DNA from: Leucoraja erinacea
Lineage: Eukaryota
Direction of reading: 5' to 3'
Length of the DNA: 64,000 nt
Assembly: GCF_028641065.1 (NCBI RefSeq)
Contig: NC_073377.1
Location: forward strand, 51,212,001 to 51,276,000
Made by a program: the position numbers and the translations under genes. Under the pieces are notes generated by a model, which saw nothing but the letters and a program-made list of their open reading frames with translations, did not search any database and was not told where the DNA came from. Of this stretch, positions 63,791 through 64,000 are shown piece by piece; the first letter of the stretch is position 1, and the number at the start of each line of letters is the position of its first letter.

Positions 63791-64000
63791 AGAGGATGGT
63801 TGATGTTAAAGAGACTACAGGCTGGTGAGCCTGATGTCAATGGTGGGAAAGTTTTTGGAGGGGATTCTGAGGGATAGGATCTACCAGCATTTGGATAGGC
63901 AGGGACTGATTAGAGATAGTTAGTATGACTTTGTGCGAGGCAAATTGTGAGTCAAGAATCTGAGTGTTTTGTAGAGGTCGTCAAGAGGATTGATGAGGGC
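63790..64000 (+). mobile_element. CR1 RT fragment running off the window
   Basis: ACTACAGGCTGGTGAGCCTGATGTCAATGGTGGGAAAG..GGGACTGATTAGAGATAGT resembles NYRPVSLTSVVGK..GLIRDSQ. Confidence 0.8.

Noticed and set aside
1-64000. Intact autonomous transposon or novel multi-gene system
   Set aside because: All RT and endonuclease frames are truncated or frameshifted; no transposase, RepHel or operon-like structure is visible

Overview
Eukaryotic, repeat-dense intronic or intergenic DNA from a cartilaginous fish, most likely a skate or ray. That assignment is inferred from the HE1/V-SINE, CR1(HER1), Rex1/Babar and Penelope repeat complement. No prokaryotic genes, CRISPR arrays, rRNA or true tRNA genes are visible, and no intact host gene could be identified. 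Almost all listed ORFs are transposon fragments, antisense frames of them, or low-complexity artefacts. The window is a nested mosaic of (1) many 5'-truncated CR1 LINEs with several distinct microsatellite tails, (2) tRNA-derived V-SINEs, (3) Rex1/Babar LINE fragments and a GC-rich family with a similar 3' tail, (4) Penelope-like remnants and short, often inverted, modules carrying a minimal hammerhead-ribozyme-like core, (5) four PIF/Harbinger-type MITEs sharing ~14-bp ends with TAA/TTA target duplications, and (6) non-autonomous Helitrons, one with exact textbook ends. A few unique islands hold weak exon candidates, the best being a possible terminal exon at 38576. There are two assembly gaps. 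Boundaries were read by eye and are approximate unless a TSD or terminus is quoted.
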